Below, one piece after another: positions 63,101 through 64,000 of a stretch of 64,000 nt of DNA; position 1 is the first letter of the stretch; every line of letters begins with the position of its first letter. Source of the DNA: Heterodontus francisci. Its lineage: Eukaryota. The stretch lies in contig NC_090404.1 in the NCBI RefSeq assembly GCF_036365525.1, positions 6,200,001 to 6,264,000 of the forward strand. The letters are read 5' to 3'. Below the pieces are notes generated by a model. It was not told the origin of the DNA and did no database searches. It saw only the letters and a program-made list of their open reading frames with translations. Made by a program: the position numbers and the translations under genes.

Positions 63101-64000
63101 ATATATGACTTTTGGAAAAGTCCATGCTCCTAATATTATAAAAGAGAAGACCATTAAATTATTCCACAGGCTATTTAATTAAAATTATTTCCAACTTGAT
63201 AATTCTCGATAGTTCATATGGTTTAATCACTACTGTATGAAGCACAGGGAGAGTGATTTTACTGACCCAATACCCACATTGTAATGAGCCGACTGGGAAT
63301 CGCAAAGTAAATTTAAAAAGTTGAATGGCTTTGATCCTACTGCAATCCTCTTTATGTTTTCAGAGATCTGCACTTCATTTAAGCTAAGGCTCCTTTGTAC
63401 TGATTAACAGCCGTCCACAGTACAGATCAATCTATGCTGGTTTGGATTCGGTAACAGCCCTTATTCTGCCCGGTTACCAATGTGTAGAGAAATGCCCAGT
63501 TGCCATCTGTTTCAGCGGCAGATAAAACATTTAGTCTTGTGATATTGTGGAACATACCTCTATATACTGATATACTGTGCACTTGATAGCAGTGGATGTT
63601 ACACAGTTGGTCGCTATTAAAATTATTTGCAAGGATTTGGATGCCGAGGTTCTGGTTCACCAACTTCTCTTTTAAAAAGGTTGATCTGAAGCCGGCGGGC
63701 CCCACGTTCGTTGGCGTCTCTACAAAATCACTCCTGAATTATCAGCAAGCTGATTTATTGTGCAGTTAATTTTCTGTCTTAGGGCTACAGACCCAAGAGA
63801 GACAACTTCATAATGTGGTTGCTTTCTACTCAGTTACGGACTCAAATCGTGTAGCTATGGTTAGACACAATTAAAATAGAATCACTTCACATAATACCAT
63901 TTAGTTCAAAACATGCATTGCTTTTAAAACATATTTCCAAATAACTAACCCTGGATACAGATTAAAAAGCTCACATTTAACAAAACAACAGTGTAATGAT

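Noticed and set aside
63100-63130. J-segment-like MTFGK
   Set aside because: No FGxG, no upstream RSS, no splice donor.
59929-63705. Unique-looking ORFs at 59929-60390, 61668-62015 and 63427-63705
   Set aside because: No motif I can recognise and no coherent exon structure; small exons cannot be excluded without a homology search.

Overview
Vertebrate genomic DNA, almost certainly from a cartilaginous fish (shark-type HE1/V-SINEs, CR1/HER1 LINEs and shark-style short C2H2 zinc-finger genes); the species cannot be called from sequence alone. Most of the window is decayed, deeply nested retroelements: CR1 LINEs with esterase ORF1, an RTE, an L2/CR1-superfamily LINE, two SINE families, Penelope fragments, and a Gmr1-like Gypsy element with nested solo LTRs and a 270-N gap. 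Host features: a C2H2-ZNF cluster (two open genes head-to-head plus two pseudogene remnants) and, missed by the ORF track, a T-cell receptor alpha/delta-type V exon (37030-37330) with a near-consensus 23-RSS, a truncated leader remnant and a downstream CTCF motif. Other highlights: palindromic non-autonomous elements with hammerhead-ribozyme cores and target-site duplications, a 103-bp TSD around the RTE, three TGA stops shared in the pseudo-finger 5' regions of both ZNF paralogues, and a 31-bp V-like tail between two heptamer-like motifs near 61.7 kb. No prokaryote-type systems are present. Repeat boundaries are approximate (read by eye).
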